From Gloeobacterales cyanobacterium (GTDB taxonomy: Bacteria > Cyanobacteriota > Cyanobacteriia > Gloeobacterales > PMM-0068): a DNA stretch of 64,000 nucleotides. Each line of letters opens with the position of its first letter. Position 1 is the first letter of the stretch. The notes under the pieces are model-generated. The model saw only the letters and a list, made by a program, of their open reading frames with translations, was not told the DNA's origin and did not search any database. A program made the position numbers and the translations under genes. Positions 1 through 9,430 of this stretch are shown here, one piece after another. The stretch is taken from the NCBI GenBank assembly GCA_038245785.1, contig JBBRSB010000009.1, positions 32,001-96,000 of the forward strand, in the 5' to 3' direction.

Positions 1-103
1 CTGAATAAAAAAGAATTCTTTCGGTCGTGGTGGTTTTGCCCGCATCAATGTGCGCAGCGATTCCAATATTCCGTACCCTTTCCAGGGGATAAGCCCGTGC
101 CAC
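1..103 (-). CDS. fusA: Elongation factor G, N-terminal part (runs off the window)
   Basis: Reverse strand from GTG at 103 reads [34 protein letters not shown] (EF-G P-loop); AAGGAGG RBS upstream; follows rpsG in str operon order. Confidence 0.97.
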   Translation of the reverse strand, partial: MARAYPLERVRNIGIAAHIDAGKTTTTERILFYS

Positions 104-169
104 AACTGCCTCCTTGCGTTAACGCTGGCCCTATAAGTGAAAAATGCAAACTTTCATTACAACTCTAGC

Positions 170-667
170 TTAGTAGTGATAGTGGGCAAATGCCTTGTTT
201 GCCTCTGCCATCTTATGAGTTTCTTCCCGCTTACGGATGGCATTGCCTGTTTCCTTCGCTGCATCCATGAGTTCATTGGAAAGCTTGTCTACCATAGACT
301 TGCCTGGACGCTTGCGAGAAGCCGTAATAATCCAACGCAAAGCCAACGCCGTGCCCCGTTCTGAGCGTACTTCCATCGGCACTTGATAGGTAGCGCCCCC
401 TACCCGACGAGCTTTGACCTCTACCAACGGAGTTGCATTGCGCACTGCGTTGTTGAATACCTCTAGAGGTTCATCGCCTGTACGCTCTTTAATGCGCTCC
501 AAGGCTCCATAAAAGATGCTCTCTGATACAGACTTTTTGCCATCGAACATGAGTTTCGCTACCATCATGGCCACAAGACGGCTGTTAAATACGCCATCTG
601 CGGTAGTTGTGCGTTTCTTGTAAGTGGGGCGTAAACCTTTGTCAGTTTTAATGCGACGGCGGGACAT
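170..667 (-). CDS. rpsG: 30S ribosomal protein S7 with a lengthened N-terminus
   Basis: [18 protein letters not shown] and [17 protein letters not shown] motifs; between rpsL and fusA. Confidence 0.98.
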   Translation of the reverse strand: MSRRRIKTDKGLRPTYKKRTTTADGVFNSRLVAMMVAKLMFDGKKSVSESIFYGALERIKERTGDEPLEVFNNAVRNATPLVEVKARRVGGATYQVPMEVRSERGTALALRWIITASRKRPGKSMVDKLSNELMDAAKETGNAIRKREETHKMAEANKAFAHYHY

Positions 668-706
668 GGTTCTGAACTCTCCTTAGATGAGGCGGCAGGG
701 AATAAA

Positions 707-1096
707 TTACTTCTTGGCTGGAGCTGCTTTAGGGGTTTTGGCCCCGTACTTGGAGCGCCCTTGCTTACGGTCTTTCACCCCTGCAGTGTCCAAGGTCCCA
801 CGGATAATGTGATAACGCACTCCAGGAAGGTCTTTTACCCTTCCACCCCGAATCATTACGACGGAATGCTCCTGCAGGTTATGGCCAATACCAGGAATAT
901 AGGCAGTGACTTCAAAACCAGAAGTTAAGCGTACACGGGCTACCTTACGTAGAGCCGAGTTGGGCTTCTTGGGGGTGGTTGTATACACTCTCGTACATAC
1001 ACCACGACGCTGCGGACAAGATTTGAGCGCAGGAGATTTAGTCTTCTTTTTCTGGTTAAAACGCTCATTACGGATGAGCTGCGCAATTGTGGGCAT
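707..1096 (-). CDS. rpsL: 30S ribosomal protein S12
   Basis: MPTIAQL start at ATG 1096; [11 protein letters not shown] and [12 protein letters not shown] motifs. Confidence 0.98.
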   Translation of the reverse strand: MPTIAQLIRNERFNQKKKTKSPALKSCPQRRGVCTRVYTTTPKKPNSALRKVARVRLTSGFEVTAYIPGIGHNLQEHSVVMIRGGRVKDLPGVRYHIIRGTLDTAGVKDRKQGRSKYGAKTPKAAPAKK

Positions 1097-1129
1097 AGTG
1101 ACGCGATTCTGTATGAGCAACGAGGATTG

Positions 1130-1159
1130 AAGATATCAATTTATGGGGTACCTTGTCAA
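1130..1159 (-). promoter_or_regulatory. Putative sigma70-type promoter of the str operon
   Basis: Minus strand TTGACA-N18-TATCTT with TG extended -10, about 35 nt upstream of the rpsL ATG. Confidence 0.55.
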
Positions 1160-1255
1160 GGTAGCTTCTCTAGCGTGAAACGTTCTGTTAAGGGACCCTA
1201 GAAAGCTGCTTAAGCGAATAGTGGGCGTTTTCAGGCATAGATAAAGCTGGATAAC

Positions 1256-1708
1256 ATGACCATTTTTGAGCAATCTATAGAAATTGGAGCCTCTTTTGAG
1301 ATTGTAGACCGCTGCATCACAGAGCAGCCTTTGATGGTTCGCTGGCTCAATCCATTCCTGCGCTGTGAATCGGTTGGGCCCTGGTCGGTGGCAGTGGGGA
1401 GTCGCTTTCGCTTTCTCCTAAGTATTCCCGTGCTTCAGCCTGCTTTGGATTGTGTCGTGAAAGAACGTGGGCCGGGCTTGATGGAATGGGAATTTAAGGG
1501 ATTTTTTGTGGGTACGGACCGCTGGGAATGCTTTCCGCAAGAGGCTGGGACGCTCTTGGTGAATCGTTTTTGCTTTGAGATTCCCAATGTGCTTGTGCAG
1601 ACGGGCTTTAACCTTTTTGCGCAATCCTTGACCCGTCAGGACATGATGGCCCAACTGCAACGGCTGAAGACTGTAGCTGAAAAGTTCTCAAACTCTGAGT
1701 TACTTTAG
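1256..1708 (+). CDS. SRPBCC (START-like/polyketide cyclase) family protein
   Basis: FEQSIEI..RWLNP..WEFKGFFVGTDRWEC..LLVNRF pattern of cyanobacterial SRPBCC proteins; 150 aa. Confidence 0.75.
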   Translation: MTIFEQSIEIGASFEIVDRCITEQPLMVRWLNPFLRCESVGPWSVAVGSRFRFLLSIPVLQPALDCVVKERGPGLMEWEFKGFFVGTDRWECFPQEAGTLLVNRFCFEIPNVLVQTGFNLFAQSLTRQDMMAQLQRLKTVAEKFSNSELL

Positions 1709-1734
1709 AGAGGAGACATTCTTAACAAAACGCA

Positions 1735-2274
1735 ATGACTGCTGACCTTGGAAATACGGGACTTTTCAACGAGCGATTTGCCAAAAATTTGATTCCATTG
1801 CCTGGGTTTACGGTTCCGCAGGTAGGGGAGCTAGCTCCTGATTTCACATTGCCTCGTGTCGGGGATACCGCTGTTAAGCTATCGGACTTCTTTGGGCGGC
1901 AGCCTGTTATTTTGGCATTCACCCGCATCTTTACGGAAAAGCTCTTTTGTCCCTTCTGCTATCCCCATATTCAAGACCTGAAGGACCGCTATCAGGAAAT
2001 TCAAGAGGCTGGAGCCGAACTGCTGATGATTAGCAGCACAGACCCAGTGCAAAGCGCTCAGGTTGTGCAAGATTTGGCCTTGCCCTATCCCTTTTTGTAT
2101 GACCCTGCTTGTACTACGTTCCGTATGTATGGCGCTGGACAAGCCTTGGGTGCTCCTTTGCCCGCCCAGTATCTCTTGGATAAGTCTGGCCGCATTGTTG
2201 AGCGGCATCTGTTCTCTTTTGTGGACCATAACGTTGATACCGATGAGATATTAGCGCTCCTGAAGAAGCTGTAA
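1735..2274 (+). CDS. Peroxiredoxin-like (AhpC/TSA, BCP-related) thioredoxin-fold protein
   Basis: APDFTLP, FTRIFTEKLFCPFCYP (CxxC), PAQYLLDKSGRI; GAGGAG RBS. Confidence 0.85.
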   Translation: MTADLGNTGLFNERFAKNLIPLPGFTVPQVGELAPDFTLPRVGDTAVKLSDFFGRQPVILAFTRIFTEKLFCPFCYPHIQDLKDRYQEIQEAGAELLMISSTDPVQSAQVVQDLALPYPFLYDPACTTFRMYGAGQALGAPLPAQYLLDKSGRIVERHLFSFVDHNVDTDEILALLKKL

Positions 2275-2277
2275 GTT

Positions 2278-2835
2278 ATGGTCTCGGAACTAGCTACAAT
2301 CCGCCACTGGTTATCTGGCACCTACAGCAACCGCCAACAAGCTATGGCTGAGCCTGTTTGGTTCATCCCGGTCACACTTTGGTATGTACCAGTGGATGGT
2401 TTGTTTTCTGAAGGTGTTGGCTTTTTCACCGAGCAGGTAAGCGAACATACGCCAGCCCAGCCCTATCGCGCACGGGTTCTACAGTTACTGGAAAATCCCC
2501 TGCGCTTTGAAAATTATCGATTGAAAGACCAGGCTGTATGGGCCGGGGCATCAAAGCATCCAGAACGCCTGAGTTCTCTTACCTCAGAGCATCTAGAACT
2601 TCTGCCAGGATGCACCATTTATCTAGAGCGCAAGGACAACTGTTATCTCGGAAAAATGAAAGAAGACCAAGGATGTCGTCTAAGCTCCGACAGTACGAGC
2701 TGTGTCCAGATTGAATTTGAACTAACCGATACGGCCTTCATTACCCTAGACCGAGGCTTTGACCTCGCCACGAATGTTCAGGTTTGGGGTTCTAAAGGGG
2801 GGCCTTATCACTATCTCAAGCAGGTTCTCTCATGA
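2278..2835 (+). CDS. CpcT/CpeT-family bilin lyase-like protein
   Basis: LSGTYSNRQQAM, PYRARV, LLPGC, GCR and LDRGFD..QVWGS..GPYHY motifs of T-type lyases. Confidence 0.85.
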   Translation: MVSELATIRHWLSGTYSNRQQAMAEPVWFIPVTLWYVPVDGLFSEGVGFFTEQVSEHTPAQPYRARVLQLLENPLRFENYRLKDQAVWAGASKHPERLSSLTSEHLELLPGCTIYLERKDNCYLGKMKEDQGCRLSSDSTSCVQIEFELTDTAFITLDRGFDLATNVQVWGSKGGPYHYLKQVLS

Positions 2836-3638
2836 AGAATCAAATCCAGAGTTTGGCCATGCATTTGGGCCAATGGGAAGGGATGTTCACTGATTTTTCT
2901 TCAGAAGTCAAACTCTTGGGACATAAAAGTAGTGTCATCCTTTTTGAAGAACCCGAGCCTAAAGTGATTCGTCAAACTAATCGCTATCCAGGTTGTGAAG
3001 ATAAAGTCTGGGAATATCGAGACCTCTCTGCAGGCATCCGATTTTTTGAAGATGGTTCATTCTCCAATGGCAGAGTCCAGCTAGCTCCATTTTCAACCTT
3101 TGCTGCAGAACAGGGCTTCTTATACGGGGATCAAAAGGCGAGAATAGTACAACTGTTTGATACTGATGGCAAAGCTACTACAATTACAACGATTCAGGAA
3201 ATGAGAGGAAGAACCTATCAAACTCCAGCTTCTCTAAAAAACCCTTTAGAGCGCCTCTTGGGCACTTGGAAAGGAAAAGCTTTAGTGCTTTCTCCTGATT
3301 GGCCTGAGCCAGAGAAACTGGAAAGTGAACTCATTTTTGAAAAAGATGGAACGCAGATTCATAGACAGTTCAAAATGGGAATGCAGGTTTTTGATTGGAT
3401 AGGAATCCATGAAGATTCTTCTGTGGATTTCAAATCATCTGTGATGGTCTTTTTTCCTGGAAACCTAATGGCTATGAGTCCTCCTGAGTTACCTTTATTA
3501 TCCTCAGATAAATCTTTCTCTATGGAAATAGGCTGGCTTGTAGATCCTCGAACCTGCCTTAGAATGATTCGCTACTATGACCACAAAGGTTCGTGGCAAA
3601 AGGTTGTGCTCATTAAAGAGCAATCTCAGGGGTTCTAG
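2832..3638 (+). CDS. DUF3598 family (BFA1-like) two-barrel protein
   Basis: LGQWEGMFT N-terminus, FFEDGSFSNG, LLGTWKG, RMIRYYD..GSW; ATGA overlap with the lyase gene. Confidence 0.75.
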   Translation: MKNQIQSLAMHLGQWEGMFTDFSSEVKLLGHKSSVILFEEPEPKVIRQTNRYPGCEDKVWEYRDLSAGIRFFEDGSFSNGRVQLAPFSTFAAEQGFLYGDQKARIVQLFDTDGKATTITTIQEMRGRTYQTPASLKNPLERLLGTWKGKALVLSPDWPEPEKLESELIFEKDGTQIHRQFKMGMQVFDWIGIHEDSSVDFKSSVMVFFPGNLMAMSPPELPLLSSDKSFSMEIGWLVDPRTCLRMIRYYDHKGSWQKVVLIKEQSQGF

Positions 3639-3680
3639 GTTACTCCTTTGCTTAAATAGGAATAGTTGACTGGGTGATTC

Positions 3681-4391
3681 ATGGATGTCCTTGTTGTTGA
3701 AGATGATAGAGAAATTTGTGAAGCCCTCCAGATCGTACTCGCGCCAGAGGGGTTTAACGTGCGGTTTGCCTATAACGGCCTGAGTGCGCTTGCTGCCTTT
3801 GAACAGCAATGTCCTGATGTTATCCTGCTTGATTGGATGCTGCCGGGGTTGGATGGTATTGAAGTCTGCAACCGGATTCGAGCTACGCCTCAAGGGAGTG
3901 CGCCCTATATCTTGATGCTTACGGCCCGTGATCAAGACATAGATAAAGTGATTGGTCTTTCTACAGGGGCTGACGATTATATTGTTAAACCTTTTAGCCC
4001 TATGGAGCTGATTGCTCGGATTCGAGCGGTGGTTCGCCGTTCGCAGCGTCAAGGGAGCGTATCCCCCACGAATATTCTCAAGTCAGAGCACTTCACAGTA
4101 GACCTGGATAGCCACACGGCCCAACAGGATGGCCAGGCATTAAATCTTACAACCCTGGAATTTAGCCTCTTATCCACCTTTATGACGCAGTTAAACCGGG
4201 TATGGACCCGTGAGCAATTGATTGGCCGTCTCTGGGGTGATGACTTCTTTGGGGATGAACGGGCTGTAGATAATCATATTGCTCGATTGCGGAAGAAGAT
4301 AGAAGAGAATCCAGCCCAGCCCCAATATTTAGTGACGGTGGTTGGGGTGGGATACAAGTTTGTGGATACTAAAGCCCATGGGGAAACTTGA
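3681..4391 (+). CDS. OmpR/PhoB-family response regulator
   Basis: VVEDD, LLDWMLP phospho-acceptor, GADDYIVKPF, winged-helix VDNHIARLRKK..TVVGVGY. Confidence 0.95.
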   Translation: MDVLVVEDDREICEALQIVLAPEGFNVRFAYNGLSALAAFEQQCPDVILLDWMLPGLDGIEVCNRIRATPQGSAPYILMLTARDQDIDKVIGLSTGADDYIVKPFSPMELIARIRAVVRRSQRQGSVSPTNILKSEHFTVDLDSHTAQQDGQALNLTTLEFSLLSTFMTQLNRVWTREQLIGRLWGDDFFGDERAVDNHIARLRKKIEENPAQPQYLVTVVGVGYKFVDTKAHGET

Positions 4392-5466
4392 TCTCAGAAC
4401 CCGACTCTTTGTCGCTTTTATGGGCATTATCCTGATTTCTCTGATAGCTGTTTTCGCTGTCGGTTGGGCAATCACCCCTCTATACTTTGAGGCCCATTTG
4501 AAGTCTCTTCACGTGAGCCGACCAGAAGTTCAACTACTCGACAAGGAGCTAAATGAAGGCTTTCAATATGCCTGGATTGTGGGAGCTGGTTGGGCACTGG
4601 CACTGAGTTTGCCCTTAGCCTTGGGTCTGAGCCTTTTCGTAACGCGCCGTATTGTAAAACCGCTGAAGGCTATCCGAGCAGGAACGGCAGAGTTTGCAAA
4701 AGGCGCGTTTCAACGGCGCATTGCCCCTGTAGGAGTTCCTGAATTAGACCAGTTAGTTCGTAGTTTCAATAACTTGGCCGATAGTCTGCAAGGGGTTGAG
4801 CAGCGCCGTCAAGAATTGATTGCGGACCTTGCCCATGAATTGCGCACGCCCTTGACCGTTATCGGGATTTATATGGAAGGACTTGCAGATGGAAGCATAG
4901 CAGGAGAGTCAGAGGTCTATAGCCGCTTAAACCGAGAAACGCAGAAATTAAGAAGATTGGTCCGAGATCTGCAAGAACTCTCACGAGCCGAAGCAGGCTA
5001 TCTACCTCTGGAATTAAAAACGATAGCCCTTAAGCCTCTTTGTCTTGAACTCATCGAAAAATTCAGCGCTCAGATTCAAGAAGATGGGCCTGTTTTAAAG
5101 TTAGAAGTAGGTCAACTCCCCTTAGTCCTCGCCGATCCTGGCCGGGTCGAGCAGATTTTGATCAATCTTCTGAGCAATGCGCTCAGACACACGGACCATG
5201 GGACCATCGAGATTGGTACTATCCGAAAAGGAAATTTTGTTGAACTCTATGTGAAAGATACGGGCACGGGGATGAGCGCAGAAGATATCAAGCACGTATT
5301 TGAGCGGTTTTGGCGGGCAGACCCTTCCCGCAACAAAGCCACGGGAGGTTCAGGTATCGGCTTGACGATCGTCAAAAAGCTGGTGGAAATCCAAGGTGGA
5401 ATCGTCTGGGTGGAGAGCCATTTGGATGAGGGAACGACTTTCCATTTCACGTTACCTTTAGCCTAA
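4378..5466 (+). CDS. Membrane sensor histidine kinase (HAMP-HisKA-HATPase, BaeS-like)
   Basis: Two TM segments, HAMP, LAHELRTPL H-box, NLLSNAL, DTGTG, GGSGIGL; overlaps the regulator. Confidence 0.95.
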   Translation: MGKLDLRTRLFVAFMGIILISLIAVFAVGWAITPLYFEAHLKSLHVSRPEVQLLDKELNEGFQYAWIVGAGWALALSLPLALGLSLFVTRRIVKPLKAIRAGTAEFAKGAFQRRIAPVGVPELDQLVRSFNNLADSLQGVEQRRQELIADLAHELRTPLTVIGIYMEGLADGSIAGESEVYSRLNRETQKLRRLVRDLQELSRAEAGYLPLELKTIALKPLCLELIEKFSAQIQEDGPVLKLEVGQLPLVLADPGRVEQILINLLSNALRHTDHGTIEIGTIRKGNFVELYVKDTGTGMSAEDIKHVFERFWRADPSRNKATGGSGIGLTIVKKLVEIQGGIVWVESHLDEGTTFHFTLPLA

Positions 5467-5553
5467 CCTTTGGCGTACATACCAATGACATACGAATCCT
5501 ACGGGTTCGGTAACTGTGGGTTTTAGGCTTCATGTTATGCATCCACTATTGGT

Positions 5554-5658
5554 ATGAGTTCAACTATTGTTGAAGTGCTTATCGCCTTGGCGGTAGGTAC
5601 TACATTACTTTTCTTCTTGGGAAAATGGCTTCTAGCTTGTCTTTTCCCGAGTAGCTGA
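5554..5658 (+). CDS. Putative 34-aa single-transmembrane peptide
   Basis: Translated by hand: MSSTIVEVLIALAVGTTLLFFLGKWLLACLFPSS*; below the ORF-track cutoff. Confidence 0.4.
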   Translation: MSSTIVEVLIALAVGTTLLFFLGKWLLACLFPSS

Positions 5659-5826
5659 TAGGGCATGAGAAGAAGTCTTTGAAAAGTTTGATAGAGCCTG
5701 AAACGGACAAGGCATCTTAGCTGGACTGAATTTGAGCTACTGATATGCAATGGATATAAAGCTGACAAACGCCTGGTATGTTTCTCTTTTAACGTTACTA
5801 ATAGACTCTACGGAACAAATTTAACC

Positions 5827-6093
5827 ATGAAAAAAATCGCTAGCTCTTTACTGCTTGCCCTGGCCCTGGCTGCTCCCGTGGTAATGCCCGCTGTCCAGGC
5901 AAAGACTGCTGCCACTCAGTCCAAAGTTGCTCAAGCCACTGACACAAAGCCTAAGAAAATGAAGAAATCTAAGAAATCTGCGATGAAAAAAGATGCCTCT
6001 ATGAAGAAGAGCGATTCTTCAATGAAGAAGGAAGAAGGTTCTATGAAGAAGACAGACGCGCCTGCGACCCCCACAGAACCTGCTAAGAAGTAA
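5827..6093 (+). CDS. Small secreted Lys/Met-rich protein with MXKDX-like pentapeptide repeats
   Basis: Sec signal ending VQA; repeats MKKDA, MKKSD, MKKEE, MKKTD. Confidence 0.75.
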   Translation: MKKIASSLLLALALAAPVVMPAVQAKTAATQSKVAQATDTKPKKMKKSKKSAMKKDASMKKSDSSMKKEEGSMKKTDAPATPTEPAKK

Positions 6094-6129
6094 ACCTCCT
6101 CCTAGCTTCCTAGATATGCAAGTGATACT

Positions 6130-6151
6130 GCCGACGCAAGTCGGCTTTTTT
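6130..6151 (+). terminator. Rho-independent terminator
   Basis: GCCGAC-GCAA-GTCGGC followed by TTTTTT. Confidence 0.85.
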
Positions 6152-6152
6152 G

Positions 6153-6848
6153 TCACGAGATCGCTTTGGCAATGGCAAAAGCGACAGCAGCTGCCAAACC
6201 TCCGATGAACAAGGTCTGGAGGGCACTTCGTACAGGAGTCGTGCCCGTGAATTGGCCTTTGACATAGCCAAACAGGGCTAGTGCTATCAGGGTGAAGACT
6301 ACAGAAAAAGCTAAAGCTGTTTCTACGTTGGTCGTGAAGAAATAAGGGCTTAGAGGAATTAAGCCTCCGGTAATGTAAGCTCCTGCGATGGTGAGAGCAC
6401 TGGTCAGAGCACGTTTAGGATCGGTTTGTTCAAGACCAAGTTCAAAACGCATCATGAAGTCTATCCACGCTTCTGGACGCTTGCTCAGGGTTTCTACAAT
6501 CGGTTTACTTTGTTCTGCGGTTAAGCCATAGGACTGGAGAATCTGCATGACTTCTGCCACTTCTGCTTGCGGTTTTTCTTGTACTTCTCCTTGCTCCCGC
6601 GCCCGCTCGCTGTCGTAGTGCTCTGCATCACTGCGAGCGGCTAAATAGCCACCCAAACCCATTGCAATAGAACCTGCTGCAATTTCGGCCAATCCAGCCG
6701 TAACGATGACATGAGGGTCTGCAACGGCACCGGATAATCCCGCCGCTAGAGCAAAAGGCACCGTCAACCCATCTGACATGCCGATGACAATATCTCTAAT
6801 GGTCTCACCAGCGGTGAAATGACGCTCAATATGGGCTGTTTGGGGCAT
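6153..6848 (-). CDS. VIT1/CCC1 family Fe/Mn transporter
   Basis: RDIVIGMSDGLTVPFALAAG, AEIAAGSIAMGLGGYLA, FMMRFELGL. Confidence 0.93.
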   Translation of the reverse strand: MPQTAHIERHFTAGETIRDIVIGMSDGLTVPFALAAGLSGAVADPHVIVTAGLAEIAAGSIAMGLGGYLAARSDAEHYDSERAREQGEVQEKPQAEVAEVMQILQSYGLTAEQSKPIVETLSKRPEAWIDFMMRFELGLEQTDPKRALTSALTIAGAYITGGLIPLSPYFFTTNVETALAFSVVFTLIALALFGYVKGQFTGTTPVRSALQTLFIGGLAAAVAFAIAKAIS

Positions 6849-6977
6849 GATAGCCCTCCTTGATTACGCTTATCTTAGCCCAGAGAAAAGAAGATTATTG
6901 ATGCTAAAGAAACTTCCGTGATTGCAAGCCAGAGTACAGTCAAACGACCCCTTAAACTAAGGAGCATATGGAGCTAT

Positions 6978-7478
6978 ATGGAGAAAATAACATTGCAAGA
7001 CCCTGCAAGACCTTTAGGCGTCCAGCTAATTACTTTACAAAAAGGTTTATGGGGTAGTGTGCTTCTTATCGGTGCGATTGTTGTAGCTATTCTACGATTT
7101 GAACACATTGCAGAACCGGTGCAATTCATCCTCAATGAGTTGCGTGTAGATCCTCGTGGCCGTCTATGGAGTTTTTTGGTGGGTTTGGTACCTGCAGTAG
7201 ACCTTCGTCAGTTGACACAATTGAGTGTGTTCCTGTTCGCCTATGCTGTTGTGTCCCTAGTAGAATCCTGGGGGGTTTGGTACCGCAAGCTTTGGGTAGA
7301 AGTTTTCCTGGTGCTTGAGACTGCTGCTTTCTTGCCTTTGGAGATTATTGAACTGATCAAGAAGCTTTCTTTCTTTAAGCTCGGACTATTCGTTATCAAT
7401 CTGTTAATTGTTATATATTTAGCCAGAGAATTTTGGCGCAAATGGCAGGCTGAGCATGTAGAGAAAAAATCGATTTAG
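6978..7478 (+). CDS. DUF2127-like membrane protein
   Basis: YAVVSLVESWGVWY..FLPLEIIEL..INLLIVIYL pattern; GGAG RBS before ATG 6978. Confidence 0.7.
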   Translation: MEKITLQDPARPLGVQLITLQKGLWGSVLLIGAIVVAILRFEHIAEPVQFILNELRVDPRGRLWSFLVGLVPAVDLRQLTQLSVFLFAYAVVSLVESWGVWYRKLWVEVFLVLETAAFLPLEIIELIKKLSFFKLGLFVINLLIVIYLAREFWRKWQAEHVEKKSI

Positions 7479-7581
7479 TGTTCATACGAAGATATTGACA
7501 GACAAATTCGATATCGTAGACATAAGAATCACATATCCCAAGAATATATTTACAGGTGTTGTCCCTAATAAGGTACGAATA

Positions 7582-7953
7582 ATGAACCTCAAAAAGTTTT
7601 TCCCGACAGCGTTATTAATGTTAGGTATGTTGGTGCCGCTGCCTGTGCTGGCACAACCGACAAAAGCTCCAGAAAAGCCTGCAACGACTTCCCCTGCTCC
7701 GGCCACAAGCCCAGCACCTAAGGGGACAGAGATGAAAAAAGAGCCCAAACAAAAGGGTTCAAAGAAGTCTACTACCTCAGTCGTAGATATCAACAGCGCT
7801 ACTGCACCTGAGCTGCAAACAGTCAAAGGAATCGGAAAAGCAACAGCAAAGAAAATCATTGCTGGACGGCCCTATAGTTCTCCTGAAGATCTAGTAACCA
7901 AAAAAGTGATGAGTCAGAAGCAATTTGATGGTTTGAAGTCTCAACTCAAGTAA
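7582..7953 (+). CDS. Secreted ComEA-like helix-hairpin-helix DNA-binding protein
   Basis: Signal peptide, Pro/Lys linker, VDINSATAPELQTVKGIGKATAKKIIAGRPY. Confidence 0.85.
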   Translation: MNLKKFFPTALLMLGMLVPLPVLAQPTKAPEKPATTSPAPATSPAPKGTEMKKEPKQKGSKKSTTSVVDINSATAPELQTVKGIGKATAKKIIAGRPYSSPEDLVTKKVMSQKQFDGLKSQLK

Positions 7954-7976
7954 GGAAACTATCTTGCTTGGCATAA

Positions 7977-8003
7977 AGGGAAGTACGATAAATGTGCTTC
8001 CCT
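7977..8003. terminator. Hairpin between convergent genes
   Basis: AGGGAAGTAC-N7-GTGCTTCCCT. Confidence 0.55.
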
Positions 8004-8023
8004 CTATCTTGAATGTGACTTTA

Positions 8024-8632
8024 CTAAGATAGTAGTTTTGTCAGTGCGTCTGGGTGAATTCCCCAATTAAGTAATCCTGCAAGGCCCATAACGACTCCAA
8101 AGGTTATGGGAACTATAGCTACCCCGAACAGCCATTTCTTCTGCGATAAGGAAGTTATAGCTAGCAAAGAGATAGCGATAGAAAGAGCTGCATCAGATAA
8201 GTCAAATTGGTCATCGTGAATATTGAGTTGGTCATAGGTCTTTTGATCACCTTCTGCCACTTTCTTCTGCTCTATTTTCTTCAGGTCTTCACGTTTGGCC
8301 AGTTCTTGATATACTGCTATCTGTTTATCATAAGCATTGTGCATATTAGGCGGTTGAGAAATCTCCTGCAATTTAAGTTGAGTAACGGTAGACCGTGCGA
8401 TCTCCTCACGAAGGTTACGGGCTTGATATAGAGACCAATCATCAATTCTACTTGCTTGTGCTTGTTGCATAGCCTGAACAATGTTGTCATCTTTAACTTT
8501 GCAAACTCCTATGAAAGTTGCGAGTAAAGCTACGGAGATAGCAACATAGGTGTTGATTTGACTCTTTTGCTTATCTTGCTTCGATTCATCAGGATTTTCT
8601 TTTTCAACTATATCCATTGGATCTATGTCCAT
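8024..8632 (-). CDS. DUF4337 family membrane protein
   Basis: VAISVALLATF..KDDNIVQAM..DDWSLYQARN..HDDQFDLSDA. Confidence 0.75.
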   Translation of the reverse strand: MDIDPMDIVEKENPDESKQDKQKSQINTYVAISVALLATFIGVCKVKDDNIVQAMQQAQASRIDDWSLYQARNLREEIARSTVTQLKLQEISQPPNMHNAYDKQIAVYQELAKREDLKKIEQKKVAEGDQKTYDQLNIHDDQFDLSDAALSIAISLLAITSLSQKKWLFGVAIVPITFGVVMGLAGLLNWGIHPDALTKLLS

Positions 8633-8706
8633 ACTCTAGCTCCAGGCTTGATAGAGAATACCTCACTCTTAATCTTAGATACTAAAAGTGAGATATATGA
8701 GATTAT

Positions 8707-9408
8707 CTAGTCAATTGTTGCTTCAAAATCCTCAGTGTTAATAACTACAGGTCCGTTAAGTTGAGGATTTTCTTCAAGCAACTGACGCAAAGCATCTATC
8801 CTAACAACAGATTCTTGCCACACTTCTCTTGTCTCTTTATTATGAGCATGCTCTAAAACCGCTTGTCGTTGGTCTAGAAATTCTGATAGCCATTCTGTTT
8901 CATCATCTTCTACATTGGCCTCAACCTTTTTGATGATCGATCCCAAGCTGTCTGGGTCCTCTCCATCGCCATGCTGGATAATAGTGTCATAGATTACCGC
9001 TTTAGATATGGGCAGTTGCAAGCCTAGCTTTTCACAGTAATCCATGGCTGGATTCCAGTAGAGCTTATCTGCAACAGAATGCTGTGCCTGTTGAAATTTA
9101 CTATCCTCACTTGCTTCATTCCAGGCATCTTCAAAGCCCTCTAACTCAGAGGTGTCGTCATCTTCATCTTCAGCAAGTTGATTTAGCGTTTCAAGATAGT
9201 CACTCAAGGCATTACCTGGCTGTCGGGCGTGATATTCCTTGACGACTTCGAATAAATCACCTGTGCCGGTGCAACAACCAAAGAAACCAGCGGTGAAGCC
9301 TCTACCATCATCCAAATCTTCGCAGTAATCATACTTAAGTTCTGTACTGTCATTTTCAAAAACACTGTTGATAGTCAGAATTCGTTTCTTTAAGGCGTCC
9401 ATGATCAC
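8707..9408 (-). CDS. Chitosanase, glycoside hydrolase family 46
   Basis: FENDSTELKYDYCEDLDDGRGFTAGFFGCCTGTGD matches the GH46 signature (catalytic Glu and Asp); YDTIIQHGDGED; no signal peptide. Confidence 0.88.
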   Translation of the reverse strand: MIMDALKKRILTINSVFENDSTELKYDYCEDLDDGRGFTAGFFGCCTGTGDLFEVVKEYHARQPGNALSDYLETLNQLAEDEDDDTSELEGFEDAWNEASEDSKFQQAQHSVADKLYWNPAMDYCEKLGLQLPISKAVIYDTIIQHGDGEDPDSLGSIIKKVEANVEDDETEWLSEFLDQRQAVLEHAHNKETREVWQESVVRIDALRQLLEENPQLNGPVVINTEDFEATID

Positions 9409-9430
9409 AGGCTCCTAAGTATTGATTTGG

